From Lachnospiraceae bacterium (lineage in GTDB: Bacteria; Bacillota; Clostridia; Lachnospirales; Lachnospiraceae), in the NCBI GenBank assembly GCA_036307185.1, contig JAXJYC010000020.1:6284-70283 (forward strand): 64,000 bases of DNA. The letters run 5' to 3'. A program made the position numbers and the translations under genes. Below are positions 45,055 through 56,600 of this stretch, piece by piece (position 1 is the stretch's first letter; the number at the start of each line of letters is the position of its first letter). The notes below the pieces were generated by a model that worked only from the letters and a program-made list of their open reading frames with translations, searched no databases and had not been told where the DNA came from.

Positions 45055-46320
45055 ATGAAGAAAATATTTCAATATGGCTTATTAGCAATAATAAGCATAG
45101 TATGTGTGTTATATAGTGCATCTAATGTATGGGCTGCAGGAGCAAGCCTTACAGGACCTGGAACAGTGAGAGCAGGGGATACTATTACTTTGAGTTTTAA
45201 TATATCAGATAGTGGAAAGTATGGTGTGGAAGGAACATTATCATATGATTCAAATGTTGTATCTCTATCGTCTTCATCTATAAGTTATAAAGGCTGGAAA
45301 CTAGAAAGTAATGGAAATAGCTTGATAATGTATGATGATGCTATGTCTAATCCTATCAGTGGAAATAAAACAGTTGTAACATTAGTTTTTAAGGTGAAGT
45401 CAAATGTGGCAGCAGGCACAAAGGTTAACATATCTGTCAACAATATAGTGGCAACAGATGGAAGCAATGAAAGTAACCTTGGTTCAGCGACATATAGTAC
45501 AACTATAGCAGCACCATTGTCAGGAAATGCAAACCTTTCAGCTTTATCAGTAAATGGAGCAACACTTACACCAGCATTCGCACCAGGTATAACTTCCTAT
45601 GATATAGGAGAGGTGGATTTTTCAGTATCTAAGTTGGATATAAATTATACAGCAGAAGATGGTAAATCAAAGGTATCAGTTTCAGATAATAGCTTAGACG
45701 TAGGAAAAAATACAGTGACAGTGACAGTTAAAGCGGAAAATGGAACCACTAAGTCTTATAAAATATCTGTAACAAGAAAACAGGACCCCAATTATGTGGC
45801 AAGTAATAATGCAGCTCTAAGTGCATTAACAGTTAGTGCAGGACAGGTATCACCGGCATTTTCTGAGGGTAATAAAGATTATGTAGTATATTTACCTAAT
45901 GAAGCAGTAGGGACTACATATATCGCAAGTGGAACTATGAGTGATGCCAAAGCAATAGGTGTGGCAGAAGGTAGCGTGGTACTAGTAGAAGATATCAGCG
46001 AAGTAAAAGTAATAGGCACAGCAGAAGATGGAAGCATAAGCGAGTATAAGGTGACAGTTGTGGTAATGCCTAAATATGAAGGAAAAGTTCCTGTAATAGA
46101 AGGGGTGGAAGAAAAAACAGAGCCAGTTACGGAGCCAGAGACAGAGGAAGTAACTACAGAGCCGGAAACAGAAAGTGTGACTAAAGCGAATTTAGAAAAG
46201 GATAATGGCGGGGATGCAAGTGGGGTTAGTGCATGGATATTGATAGTAGCTATAGTGGTTTCCTTAGGAGCAGGATTTGGGGGATGCTTTGTGTTGGTGA
46301 AGAAGGGTGTTTTGAAGTAG
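45055..46320 (+). CDS. Cohesin-domain protein with two cadherin-like beta-sandwich modules and a C-terminal TM anchor
   Basis: 421 aa. Signal peptide. Cohesin-like GTVRAGDTITLSFNISDSGKYGVEGTLSYDSNVVSL...VVTLVFKVKSNVAAGTKVNISV. NANLSALSVNGATLTPAFAPGITSYDI and NAALSALTVSAGQVSPAFSEGNKDYVV repeats. Acidic linker. TM WILIVAIVVSLGAGFGGCFVLV followed by KKG. Confidence 0.75.
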   Translation: MKKIFQYGLLAIISIVCVLYSASNVWAAGASLTGPGTVRAGDTITLSFNISDSGKYGVEGTLSYDSNVVSLSSSSISYKGWKLESNGNSLIMYDDAMSNPISGNKTVVTLVFKVKSNVAAGTKVNISVNNIVATDGSNESNLGSATYSTTIAAPLSGNANLSALSVNGATLTPAFAPGITSYDIGEVDFSVSKLDINYTAEDGKSKVSVSDNSLDVGKNTVTVTVKAENGTTKSYKISVTRKQDPNYVASNNAALSALTVSAGQVSPAFSEGNKDYVVYLPNEAVGTTYIASGTMSDAKAIGVAEGSVVLVEDISEVKVIGTAEDGSISEYKVTVVVMPKYEGKVPVIEGVEEKTEPVTEPETEEVTTEPETESVTKANLEKDNGGDASGVSAWILIVAIVVSLGAGFGGCFVLVKKGVLK

Positions 46321-46573
46321 AGAGTAAATTGATAATAGCGAGATGTGTCGGGATGATATCATGATCGGTGCATCTTGCTTTTTGGTTATCTATTAAGAAA
46401 ACATATTCCGAGGATTATATAAGCAGAAATGCCTATAAGAGTTATGAAAAAAATACTTAATTTATTAAATCGTCAAAGTTATAATAATGCTATATTGCCT
46501 TGTTACATATATTTTGGTATACTATATAAGTTGTAACATATGAAAACAAATAAACAAACATAGGTGAATTATT

Positions 46574-47704
46574 ATGAATAAGTACGATAAGATAATCATT
46601 GGTGCAGGTTTGTATGGCTTGTATTCAGCAGAATTTTGTTGCAAAAGAGGAGAAAATGTTTTAGTGTTGGAATGCGACCCTACTCCGTTTAGAAGAGCAA
46701 CGTTTATTAATCAGGCTAGAGTTCATCAAGGATATCATTATCCTAGATCTATATCTACAGCGATGAAATCAGCAGGATATTTTGAACGATTTAATAAGGA
46801 TTATGGATTCTGCATAAACAAGGAGTTCGATAAGATATATGCTACATCTGGTGAGTATTCATGGACAGATGGTAAACAGTTTAAAGAGTTTTGTAAGGCT
46901 GCTAATATACCATGCGAAGAGTTGCATCCTGAGAATTATTTTAAGAAGGGTATGTGTGATGGCGTTTTTAGAACTAGAGAATATACTTATGATGCCATGA
47001 TATTAAAAGATTATCTATTGGGAGAATTGAAGAAATATCCAACTAGTGTTGAGATAAAATATGGCACAGATATTGTAGGGATAGATAATGATGGCGAAAG
47101 CTACATAATTAGGACTAGTGATGGAAAGTCATATAAGTCAGGCTTTGTCTTGAATGCAACATATGCGGGTACTAATCAGATTCTCGATATGGTAGGCTTT
47201 TCTAAATTTAACATTAAGTATGAATTATGTGAAATTATTTTATGTGATGTAAATGATAAATTGAAGGATGTTGGATTTACAGTTATGGATGGTCCATTCT
47301 TTTCTATTATGCCATTTGGAAAGACAGGATATCATTCACTTACATCGGTTACATTTACTCCACATACAACAAGTTATGATGAATTACCATCCTTTACTTG
47401 TCAGGAAAATAGTAACGGCTTTTGTTCGAACAAGAGATTGGGTAATTGTAATGATTGTGTGGCTAAGCCAGAGACTGCATATCCTTATATGGCGAATTTG
47501 GCTAGAAAGTATATGTTGGACGAATATGGCTTTGAGTATAATAGATCGTTATTCTCAATGAAACCAATTCTTATGAGTTCAGAGATAGATGATTCTAGAC
47601 CGACGGTTATCAGACAATATTCAAAAGGACCAACATTTGTAGGCGTTCTTTCAGGCAAGATAAATACAGTATATGATTTAGATGAGGTACTTAGCAATGA
47701 TTAA
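46574..47704 (+). CDS. FAD-dependent oxidoreductase
   Basis: 376 aa. Dinucleotide fold KIIIGAGLYGLYSAEF...VLVLE at the N terminus. Confidence 0.7.
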   Translation: MNKYDKIIIGAGLYGLYSAEFCCKRGENVLVLECDPTPFRRATFINQARVHQGYHYPRSISTAMKSAGYFERFNKDYGFCINKEFDKIYATSGEYSWTDGKQFKEFCKAANIPCEELHPENYFKKGMCDGVFRTREYTYDAMILKDYLLGELKKYPTSVEIKYGTDIVGIDNDGESYIIRTSDGKSYKSGFVLNATYAGTNQILDMVGFSKFNIKYELCEIILCDVNDKLKDVGFTVMDGPFFSIMPFGKTGYHSLTSVTFTPHTTSYDELPSFTCQENSNGFCSNKRLGNCNDCVAKPETAYPYMANLARKYMLDEYGFEYNRSLFSMKPILMSSEIDDSRPTVIRQYSKGPTFVGVLSGKINTVYDLDEVLSND

Positions 47705-48635
47705 TAAAGAGAAAAATTTTGTATCAGCTGTAGTGTATGTACATAACGCTGAAGATAGAGTAGAAAACTTTTTAAATACATTAATAAAGGTTATGGAAAC
47801 TAATTTTGAACATTCAGAGATAATTTGTGTAAATGATTGTTCAGCAGATGATTCGTTAAAGATGATAAAGAAGGCTAGTTTATTAGCTACATCGTCAAGT
47901 GTTTCTGTGATAAATATGAGTTATTATCATGGACTAGAAATGGCGATGAATGCTGGTATGGATATGTCTATTGGTGATTTTGTGTTTGAATTTGATAATA
48001 CGGTTTTAGATTTTGCAGAGGATATGATTATGAAAGTATATAATCGTTCTTTGGAAGGGTATGACATCGTAAGTGCTTCAGCTGATAAAGGACAAAAAAT
48101 ATCGTCATCTATCTTTTATAAAATGTTTGATATGTTTACACATCTTTCTTACAAGATGCGTACAGAAAGTTTTAGAATATTAAGTAGAAGAGTTATTAAC
48201 AGAATAAGTTCGATGAATAAAGCTATTCCATATAGAAAGGCAGTATATGCAAACTGCGGTTTGAAAACAGATAATTTGGTATATGAAACACAAGATACAA
48301 AAGCTAAGGCCAAAGATAAAAGAGAGAAAAAGTATAGAGCAAGATTAGCTACAGATAGTATGATTTTGTTTACAGAGGTGGGGTATAAATTTGCTAAGAT
48401 TATGACAGGATTAATGATGTGTCTCTCTTTGTTTATGATAGCATATTCGTTGATTGTATATGTAACAGCTCATCCGATCGAGGGCTGGACTACGACGATA
48501 ATGTTCTTATCAATTGCATTTTTTGGTATGTTTGGAATACTTACTATAGTTATAAAGTATTTACAGATATTAGTAGATTTGGTATTTAAGAGAAAGCAGT
48601 ATAACTTTGAAAGTATAGAGAAGTTAACGAGATAG
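47697..48635 (+). CDS. GT2 glycosyltransferase with two C-terminal TM helices (GtrB/ArnC-like polyprenyl-phosphate glycosyltransferase)
   Basis: FVSAVVYVHNAEDRVENFL...ICVNDCSADDS, then two C-terminal hydrophobic helices. The ATG at 47697 overlaps the upstream stop (ATGATTAA). The track start at 47682 is also possible. Confidence 0.7.
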   Translation: MINKEKNFVSAVVYVHNAEDRVENFLNTLIKVMETNFEHSEIICVNDCSADDSLKMIKKASLLATSSSVSVINMSYYHGLEMAMNAGMDMSIGDFVFEFDNTVLDFAEDMIMKVYNRSLEGYDIVSASADKGQKISSSIFYKMFDMFTHLSYKMRTESFRILSRRVINRISSMNKAIPYRKAVYANCGLKTDNLVYETQDTKAKAKDKREKKYRARLATDSMILFTEVGYKFAKIMTGLMMCLSLFMIAYSLIVYVTAHPIEGWTTTIMFLSIAFFGMFGILTIVIKYLQILVDLVFKRKQYNFESIEKLTR

Positions 48636-48646
48636 GAGGTCGAATT

Positions 48647-50464
48647 ATGGGATATGTTTCATTGTTGTTTCCAGCGTTAATATTTTGTTATGTTAGAAAT
48701 AAAATGTTATGTTTGAAATATGATAATAGAATTAGTAAATTATCTAGAGAAGTTTTTCAATATGTATGTGGAAATGTTTTGATTAATTTTATAATTATTT
48801 CCATAAGAGTTCTAGTATTTGAGAAAAGTGATAATGTATTTGAAAGTCTAAATTTATATAGCGATTTTGCGGTTAAATATTTCATTGTTGCGTTATTGTT
48901 AGCAGTTGCTATTCCTGTAATTGAAATGAAATATATTAAAAATATGACGATTTCGATTGATTTAAATTATAATAGAAAGCAAATGTCAGCTAAAACAAAA
49001 AGTGTAATAGTTATTTTGTTTGGTGTAGCTATGGCATTTCTTCACTTTGTAAGATGTTTTGATAATTGTTTTTGGGGAGATGAGGGGATTCTCATAGTTG
49101 CGGCTAGAAAAGATTGGGCTGGAATGTTAGAGTATGTTGCTATGAATGGACATTCACCATTTCACTATGCTTTTACTTGGTTGGTTGTGAATGTGTTTGG
49201 TGAGTCTGGTTTTATATATCATTTTACGGCAACAATGCCATATTTTATAACTGTTGCACTTGGTGTAACTGTTATTAGAAAATGGTTTGGTGGATGCACA
49301 TCGGTAGTTTTTATAACATTGTGTACATTACTAGATAGTGCTATGAAATATAATCTGGAGGTACGTATGTATGGTTGGTGCCAAGTGTTTATATTGCTAT
49401 CATTCCTTATGGCATATAAGATATATACAACAAAAAACAATATATATTATGTGTTGTTAACTTTATTTTCTATTGGAGCGGTATATACTCATTATTATGC
49501 ATTGGCTAGCATTGGAATTGTATATTTTGTTTTATTGTTGTATAAGTTTAAAGATAATAAAAAGGAAATATGGAAAATAATATTGTCTGGGGTGACGGTT
49601 TTAGGGTGTTTGTTTCCTTGGTTAGTATATGCAAAAGAGGCTAGTGGAGTAGTTGTTTCTGACTATGGAATTCAAATGATTGAGTGGAAGGAATGTGTAG
49701 AGTTTATATTTTTATCAAAACATTCCTTCTGGTTATTGAATTTATTTATTATTTTGTTGGTTGTGCTATTTATATTCGATAGCAAAATTATTCAGTTGAT
49801 AACAGATGAGAAAAAGAAATTTAATATTAAATTATCATTTGGTAATATGCAAATAAATAGGGGATGGATATGGATATTAGGCGGAGTTAGTGCAGTGTTT
49901 GGAACTATTATTGCTAGTAGGTTAATATCTGAAATATTGTATCCGATAATTGTATTAAGATATCTATATCCTGCAAATATTATTATGTGGTTGCTTTTTG
50001 CAGTTTTAATTGGAAAATTGAAATTTAAGAGATTCTGGGTAGTTGTATTAGTCATGGTAATAGTATCTAATGCTATACCAACGTATATTGATATTTTAAA
50101 AGAGGAAAGAGCGAATAATAAGAGACTAGAAGAGACTTTAGATAAAACAGTAATGGATGAGAATGATCAGATATATACTGATATAGTCCATTTTGCATGG
50201 ACTGTGTCTAAAGTGTATTATCCGAATAATGAACGTTCGGCGTTTGGACCATCGAGGTTATGGGGATGTCCGGTTGAATTGCCACGATTAAGTAAAGAAA
50301 ATGATTATTGGCTTTTTTTAGGTGGTCCAATATCAAATAATATTATTGAAAATTTAGCAAATCAACAAATGAAGGCCGAATTAATAGTAGATAAAGGATA
50401 TATTGGGACAGGAGACGTGTGGGTGTACAAGGTAATAAAGTTAGAAGACGAGGTAAGTGAATGA
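48647..50464 (+). CDS. GT-C-fold membrane glycosyltransferase (ArnT/PMT-like)
   Basis: 605 aa. About 12 or more TM helices. FWGDEGIL acidic motif in the first outward loop. C-terminal soluble domain. Confidence 0.5.
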   Translation: MGYVSLLFPALIFCYVRNKMLCLKYDNRISKLSREVFQYVCGNVLINFIIISIRVLVFEKSDNVFESLNLYSDFAVKYFIVALLLAVAIPVIEMKYIKNMTISIDLNYNRKQMSAKTKSVIVILFGVAMAFLHFVRCFDNCFWGDEGILIVAARKDWAGMLEYVAMNGHSPFHYAFTWLVVNVFGESGFIYHFTATMPYFITVALGVTVIRKWFGGCTSVVFITLCTLLDSAMKYNLEVRMYGWCQVFILLSFLMAYKIYTTKNNIYYVLLTLFSIGAVYTHYYALASIGIVYFVLLLYKFKDNKKEIWKIILSGVTVLGCLFPWLVYAKEASGVVVSDYGIQMIEWKECVEFIFLSKHSFWLLNLFIILLVVLFIFDSKIIQLITDEKKKFNIKLSFGNMQINRGWIWILGGVSAVFGTIIASRLISEILYPIIVLRYLYPANIIMWLLFAVLIGKLKFKRFWVVVLVMVIVSNAIPTYIDILKEERANNKRLEETLDKTVMDENDQIYTDIVHFAWTVSKVYYPNNERSAFGPSRLWGCPVELPRLSKENDYWLFLGGPISNNIIENLANQQMKAELIVDKGYIGTGDVWVYKVIKLEDEVSE

Positions 50465-51372
50465 TTGCATTAGTAGGATATACAGGATTTGTAGGAAGTA
50501 ATATTTATAGTAAGGGCAAGATTGATTGTGCTTATAATTCTAAGAATATAGAGGAAGCATATGGTACTAATCCAGATATTTTGATTTATTCAGGACTTAG
50601 AGCTGAGAAGTATTTGGCAAATAATGAGCCTGATAAGGATATGGAATTGATAAATCAAGCTATAGAAAACATAAAAAAGATTAATCCAAAGAAGCTTGTA
50701 CTTATATCTACAGTAGATGTATGGAAAAATCCTGTTGGTGTAGATGAAAATGATAATGTGGATACAGATGGACTTCAGGCATATGGATATAATAGATATC
50801 AGCTTGAATTGTGGGTGAGAGAGAAGTATAAAGATGCATTAATAATTAGACTTCCTGGTCTGTTTGGTATAAATATAAAAAAGAACTTTATATATGATTA
50901 TATAAATGTAATTCCATTTATGCTTAAGGAAGAAAAATATATGGAGTTATTGAGCAAGGAGAACGAATTAGACAAATATTATCATAAGCAGGATAATGGC
51001 TTTTATAAGGTGGATGTAAAAGAAGATGAAAAGCAACATTTAAAGGATATATTTAGAAAAGTAGGTTTTTCAGCGTTGAATTTTACAGACAGCAGAAGTC
51101 GTTTTCAGTTATACAACTTGTCTAGATTGTGGGATGACATAAATACAGCTTTGGAAAATAACTTGTTGATTTGGCATCCGGCGACAGAGCCGGTTACTGC
51201 ATCAGAGATATACGAATATTTGACTGGCGAGAAGTTCGTTAACGAATTAGGTGGAACACCAGCAAATTATGATTATAAAACAGCGTATGATAGTATTTTT
51301 GATGGAAGTAACGGATATATATGTGATAAGCAAACAGTTCTTAGAGAGATTAAAGAATTTGTAAATATGTAA
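50461..51372 (+). CDS. NAD(P)-dependent epimerase/dehydratase-family (SDR) protein
   Basis: 303 aa. MIALVGYTGFVGSNI Rossmann motif. 4-nt overlap with the upstream gene. Confidence 0.65.
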   Translation: MIALVGYTGFVGSNIYSKGKIDCAYNSKNIEEAYGTNPDILIYSGLRAEKYLANNEPDKDMELINQAIENIKKINPKKLVLISTVDVWKNPVGVDENDNVDTDGLQAYGYNRYQLELWVREKYKDALIIRLPGLFGINIKKNFIYDYINVIPFMLKEEKYMELLSKENELDKYYHKQDNGFYKVDVKEDEKQHLKDIFRKVGFSALNFTDSRSRFQLYNLSRLWDDINTALENNLLIWHPATEPVTASEIYEYLTGEKFVNELGGTPANYDYKTAYDSIFDGSNGYICDKQTVLREIKEFVNM

Positions 51373-51381
51373 GGAGAAATA

Positions 51382-52176
51382 GTGGGTATGAGATTATCTA
51401 TATCAAATATAGCTTGGACAGATGAACAAGATAAAGATATGTACGGAGTGCTAAAGGAGTATGGTTTTGATGCACTTGAAATCGCTCCAACAAGAATATT
51501 TGCTACTAAGCCATATGATAGAATAGAAGAGGCTAGTAAGTGGAAGCAAGAATTGTATAGTGAGTATGGACTAAATGTGTCATCTATGCAATCTATTTGG
51601 TATGGGATGCAGGAAAAGGTCTTTGGAACAGAGGAAGAAAGAAATATTCTTATAGAATACACAAAGAAGGCCATTGATTTTGCAAAGGCGATAAACTGTA
51701 AGAACTTAGTATTTGGATGTCCTAGAAATAGAAATGTTCTAGAAGGTGTAGATATGGATATAGCAATTCCTTTTTTTAAGGAAATAGGTGACTATGCGTA
51801 CGCATCAGGATGTGTTATAGGTATGGAAGCAAATCCGACTATATATAATACAAATTATATAAATGAGACAAAGGACGCATTAGATTTAATAGAAAGAGTA
51901 GATTCTAAGGGCTTTTTATTGAACCTTGATATGGGAACTATGATCCAAAATAATGAAAATATAGAGATATTAGTTGGCAATGTAAATAAAATAAATCATG
52001 TACACATCAGCGAACCAGGATTGAAGCCTATAGAAAAAAGAGAGATACATAACAGATTGAAGGAAATATTAGATAATGAAGGATATAGTAGATATGTATC
52101 AATTGAAATGGGTAAAGTAGATGATATCGAAGTGGTTAAGAATGTAATGAGATATGTAAGGAGTGTGTTTGCATGA
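51382..52176 (+). CDS. Sugar phosphate isomerase/epimerase (xylose-isomerase-like TIM barrel)
   Basis: 264 aa. Pattern GFDALEIAP...NLVFGCP...IGMEANP...LNLDMGT...HVHISEP typical of this fold. GTG start, with an alternative ATG at 51388. Confidence 0.6.
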   Translation: MGMRLSISNIAWTDEQDKDMYGVLKEYGFDALEIAPTRIFATKPYDRIEEASKWKQELYSEYGLNVSSMQSIWYGMQEKVFGTEEERNILIEYTKKAIDFAKAINCKNLVFGCPRNRNVLEGVDMDIAIPFFKEIGDYAYASGCVIGMEANPTIYNTNYINETKDALDLIERVDSKGFLLNLDMGTMIQNNENIEILVGNVNKINHVHISEPGLKPIEKREIHNRLKEILDNEGYSRYVSIEMGKVDDIEVVKNVMRYVRSVFA

Positions 52177-52967
52177 TATACGAAAAGCAAGTAGGAGTAC
52201 CAAAATTCGAGTGTAATGAATATGAAGGTAAAAATAAGGAATATGTAGTTTTGATTCCGATTATAAATGAAGGCGAAAGAATTATTAAGGAGTTAAAAAG
52301 AGCATACAAGCATAACATATCAGATTATGCAGATATAGTAATCTGTGATGGTGGTTCCACTGATGGATGTACAGAAGAGGGACAATTAAGAAAATTAAAA
52401 GTGAACACATTACTTATAAAGCAAGACGAGGGCAAGCAAGGTGCTCAGTTACGTATGGGAATATGGTGGGCATTAGAGAGAGGTTATAAGGGAATTATTA
52501 CTATTGACGGAAATAATAAGGATAGTATAGAGGATGTACCGCGTTTTATAGAAAAGCTAGAGGAAGGCTATGATCTTATTCAGGGATCTAGATTTATAAA
52601 AGGTGGAAAAGCTATAAATACACCGTTTATAAGAAATGTATCGGTGAGATTGATACATGCACCGATTATATCGTTAACTGCTAGAAAGAGATTTACTGAT
52701 ACAACTAATGCATATAGAGCATATTCAGCAAAGTATCTTTTGGATGAAAGAGTACAGCCGTTGAGGGATATTTTTATGACATATGAGTTATTGGCATATT
52801 TATCAGTAAGAGCTACGCAGATAGGAATGAAGGCTTGTGAGATACCAGTTACAAGAGCGTATCCTAAAAAGGGAAAAACGCCTACAAAGATTAGTTTTTT
52901 TAAGGGAAATAGCGATTTGATGAAGATACTTATAAAAAATGCTATGGGTGCTTATAAGCCGAGATAA
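52173..52967 (+). CDS. GT2 glycosyltransferase, soluble DPM1/polyprenyl-phosphate-sugar-synthase-like
   Basis: 264 aa. VVLIPIINEGERI...ICDGGSTDG...IDGNNKD...GSRFIKGG. Confidence 0.65.
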   Translation: MIYEKQVGVPKFECNEYEGKNKEYVVLIPIINEGERIIKELKRAYKHNISDYADIVICDGGSTDGCTEEGQLRKLKVNTLLIKQDEGKQGAQLRMGIWWALERGYKGIITIDGNNKDSIEDVPRFIEKLEEGYDLIQGSRFIKGGKAINTPFIRNVSVRLIHAPIISLTARKRFTDTTNAYRAYSAKYLLDERVQPLRDIFMTYELLAYLSVRATQIGMKACEIPVTRAYPKKGKTPTKISFFKGNSDLMKILIKNAMGAYKPR

Positions 52968-52978
52968 GGTGGTTTGTT

Positions 52979-53320
52979 ATGATAGAATCGTTTAAGAAAA
53001 ATAAAAAAGGAATATTGTTAATGATACTTTCATCCGTTTGTGTTTGTGTGGGACAGCTTCTGTGGAAGCTGTCGTCACAAATGGGTGTTTTTATTATGTT
53101 AGTGGGGTTTGCGTTTTATGGTATAGGAGCATTGGTTATGCTTATTGCTTATAGGTATGGAAAAGTATCTATTTTGCAACCTATGTTGAGCCTTAATTAT
53201 GTATTAAGTATTTTCCTAGCTGCGATTGTATTAAAGGAAGATATAACACTTATAAAATGTATAGGAGTGTTGATAATTATAGCGGGAGTAGTACTTATAG
53301 CAGGAGGGGATGAGGAATGA
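52979..53320 (+). CDS. Small 4-TM EamA/SMR-like protein (ArnE/ArnF-like flippase subunit)
   Basis: 113 aa. Four hydrophobic helices. Paired with an overlapping paralogue. Confidence 0.6.
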   Translation: MIESFKKNKKGILLMILSSVCVCVGQLLWKLSSQMGVFIMLVGFAFYGIGALVMLIAYRYGKVSILQPMLSLNYVLSIFLAAIVLKEDITLIKCIGVLIIIAGVVLIAGGDEE

Positions 53321-53646
53321 TAATGCATTATATTGTTTTGATTATTATGACTATGTTAGGTTCTGTTGCCTCCCTATATTTAAAGAAAGCTTCGGGAGTA
53401 AATGGTATTTTTGAAATGATAAAAAACAAATATTTGTATATAGGAGGCTTTTTATATTTTGGCTCAGCTGTACTAAATATATGGATTTTAAGATATTTAG
53501 ACTATTCTGTTGTTTTGCCACTTACATCGTTTACGTATATATGGACGATAGGGTTATCGCATATGTTTTTAAAGGAAAAAGTAACAAATAAAAAGATTAT
53601 AGGTGTTGTTATGGTATTAATTGGTGCCATATGTGTTTCGGTATAG
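53317..53646 (+). CDS. Small 4-TM EamA/SMR-like protein (second flippase subunit)
   Basis: 109 aa. 4-nt overlap with the previous gene. Same topology. Confidence 0.6.
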   Translation: MIMHYIVLIIMTMLGSVASLYLKKASGVNGIFEMIKNKYLYIGGFLYFGSAVLNIWILRYLDYSVVLPLTSFTYIWTIGLSHMFLKEKVTNKKIIGVVMVLIGAICVSV

Positions 53647-53675
53647 AATGATGCGAAGAAGGAGATATACAAAAA

Positions 53676-56600
53676 ATGATTAGTTTATTGAAGAGAAAAC
53701 ATATAAATTGGGGTATAAAGATATTTATATGCATTTTTATGAGTGTTTTTTTATTAAGAAGTTTTTGCGAAGAAGGATTTTCAAAATACTATAATTACAG
53801 AAATTATAGTTTTCAATCAAACTATACTGGGACCGAGGAATATGTATTTGATGAAAATACAAGTGTGTCTCAGTTTTTTGTTGCAAAAGGAAATGTGTTA
53901 AATAATATTTCTTTGTTTTTGCTAGATGCACCAAATCAAGAAGTTCTGTTTACAGTAAGTGATATAAAAGGAGAAAAGGTTGGTAGTACTCATATAAATC
54001 TTTCTGATTATAAAGCTAAAGAATGGAACGATATTGCGTTAAATTGCAAGGAACTAAAGTTGAATAATGAATATATAGTTAATATTTCATCGGATAAATC
54101 ATTGTCAAGTATATGTATTAATAGTGATGATGCGTCAGAAATACTCGGAAAATGCACTGCAGGTAAAGAGGTGATAAGTGGAGTTGTTGCGATGGGGATA
54201 AATTTTGCTTATCAATATATGACATTTGGCAATGGGCTTGAGATGATAAGTGTTATAGTATTCACGTTGATATTTATCGCGATTCTGTGTTATTCAGTTT
54301 GTAACATAGAACTTCTTTACAGTAAGTTTAATGAAACTGAAAAGAAAAGAGGGGGATTGTATGCAATGTATTTTGCAATGACATTTGTATTATTATACAA
54401 TCCTCTGGAAAAGGTGCGTAATGAAGTAATAGAATTTAAAAGGGTAATTGGCGCAGGAATAAATGCTAATGTGGATGTTTCAAGACGAGTGAGCAATTTT
54501 AATACATGGTTTATAATGTTTGGCATTTCATTTTGCTTACTATTTCTTTTATTTAACTTTTTATTTAGTATTAAAAGAGAAGAAGAGAATATTAAAATTA
54601 TATCGTTTATGGACAATACTATTGTTTTGGCTAATTGTTTGTTGGTATTAAAATGTATAACTTATTTTTATAATAAGACAGTAAATAATTCGTCATTTCT
54701 TTTTTCTAATAATGTTGTATTAATTATTTTGTTGAGTATTCTTGCATATGTTGCACTAGATTTGCAGAAAAATATAGATGTAGATTCATATGCTAAAATG
54801 TTAATTATTGGAGCATCAGTGAGTTTTCCAATATCGATTTTTGTAGGTTATGAAGGCGATATGGGGAAAGTTGTTAGCGGATTGTTGGCGATAATATATT
54901 TGGGAATTGTTATTTTTTGTAAGGTGTGTAAAAGTCTAAAGAAGTCCAGTGTTTTTGAAGTTACTATAATGGGTAGTGTTATTGTGCTATCGTTATTGCC
55001 GCTTATGACATCATTTTATATAGAATTTATACATATTTTAAATCAGTATGGGGTGTTTGTTGCACATCCAGCTAAGTACTATGTGATAGCTAATATGTTG
55101 GTTTTAATCATATGTGTAGTGTTCATTTTTGTGTTAAATAAGAAAAAATGGATGATTAATAATTGGAAGAAGTGGTCATATCCGTGTATGATAATGGGAA
55201 TTGCGTTTTTATCAATACAGATACCTATACAGTCTGTTTATAATCCAGATGTTTTTGAAGGAGCGAATTATGGTGTTTTAATTAGTGATTTCTTTAATTA
55301 TGGTTCAATTCCGATAGTGGAACACTATGGCGGACATATGATGACTGGTGTTTGGGAAGGTGTATTATACGGTATAATTAATAATGATTATGTAGGAGCA
55401 GTGGTTTCACCGTATTCGAATTTATTAGTTGTTGTACTAACAATTTTATTTTACTATTTTATTAAAATCATATGGAATAATGATATTGCGCTGATGATAA
55501 CATTATTCTTTCCGTTTTATGAATATTGGTCATATTATGGATTGGGGATGTTGTTGTGTTTGGCTGTAGTAGGATATATTAGAAATAAAACATATGTTAA
55601 AGCATTGCTAGTATGGGTGGCTTTTGTATGGTGTGCATTGTATAGGTTGGATTTAGGTTTTGCATTTGGGGCAGCAGCTATTGTTGCGTTGATAATTTAT
55701 ATAGTTATTAATAAATGTTGGGATTCTGTACGTCAACTTGGTGTAACTTTGTGTGGAACTTTAGTTGTGGGATTATCTGCTTGGTTTATTATATGTATTA
55801 TAAAAGGAATTAATCCAATAGAGCGATTGTTAGAGTTTGTTAAACTAAGTATGTCAAACCAAAATTGGGCATATGCAAATATTGGAAATTACTCCAATAC
55901 GGTATTTGGTTTTGTTTATGTTATATTACCGTTTGTTATTATTGGCTGTTTGACTTTTGTATTTCTATCAAAAAATATGAAAAAAAAGCTTGGGGATATT
56001 GAATGGATAATACTTATTATTTTAGGTGTCTCTTTCTTGATTAATTATTCAAGAGGATTGGTAAGACATTCCCTTTATGAAATGCAAACAATGGTTATAG
56101 TGTGGACTGCATATATATTTATTTCCTATTTTTATAGTTGCTATAAAAACAATAAGAAGATATTTTTGCCGCTGTTTATGCTATTGATTCTGTGTAATAC
56201 GTTGTTCATGCAAGATAGTAATTTTAATGCTAAGTCAGTTGCGGATAATTCGGTTGTTTATCCAGAAAAAATTATAGAGAGTTGGACAGTGGATAGGCGT
56301 GCTGAAGAAGCTGTTATGACGTTTTGGGAACAGATTAAAGAAGACGAAAAAATTGTGCAAAGAGTTCAACTAAGTGATCAATTAAACGAAATGGTTTGTC
56401 AATATCAAACTGTTTTGGATACATTGTTGGATAAAGATGAAACCTTTGTGGATTATACTAACAAAACAATTTTATATGCTCTTATGGGAAGGGAAAATCC
56501 GGTTTATGTTTCGCAGTCGCCATTGCAGTTGTCTGGAGAGTATGCTCAAGAGCAGTTTGTGGAACAGATAAAAGATGTTCCTCTTGTTGTTATGCCTGTA

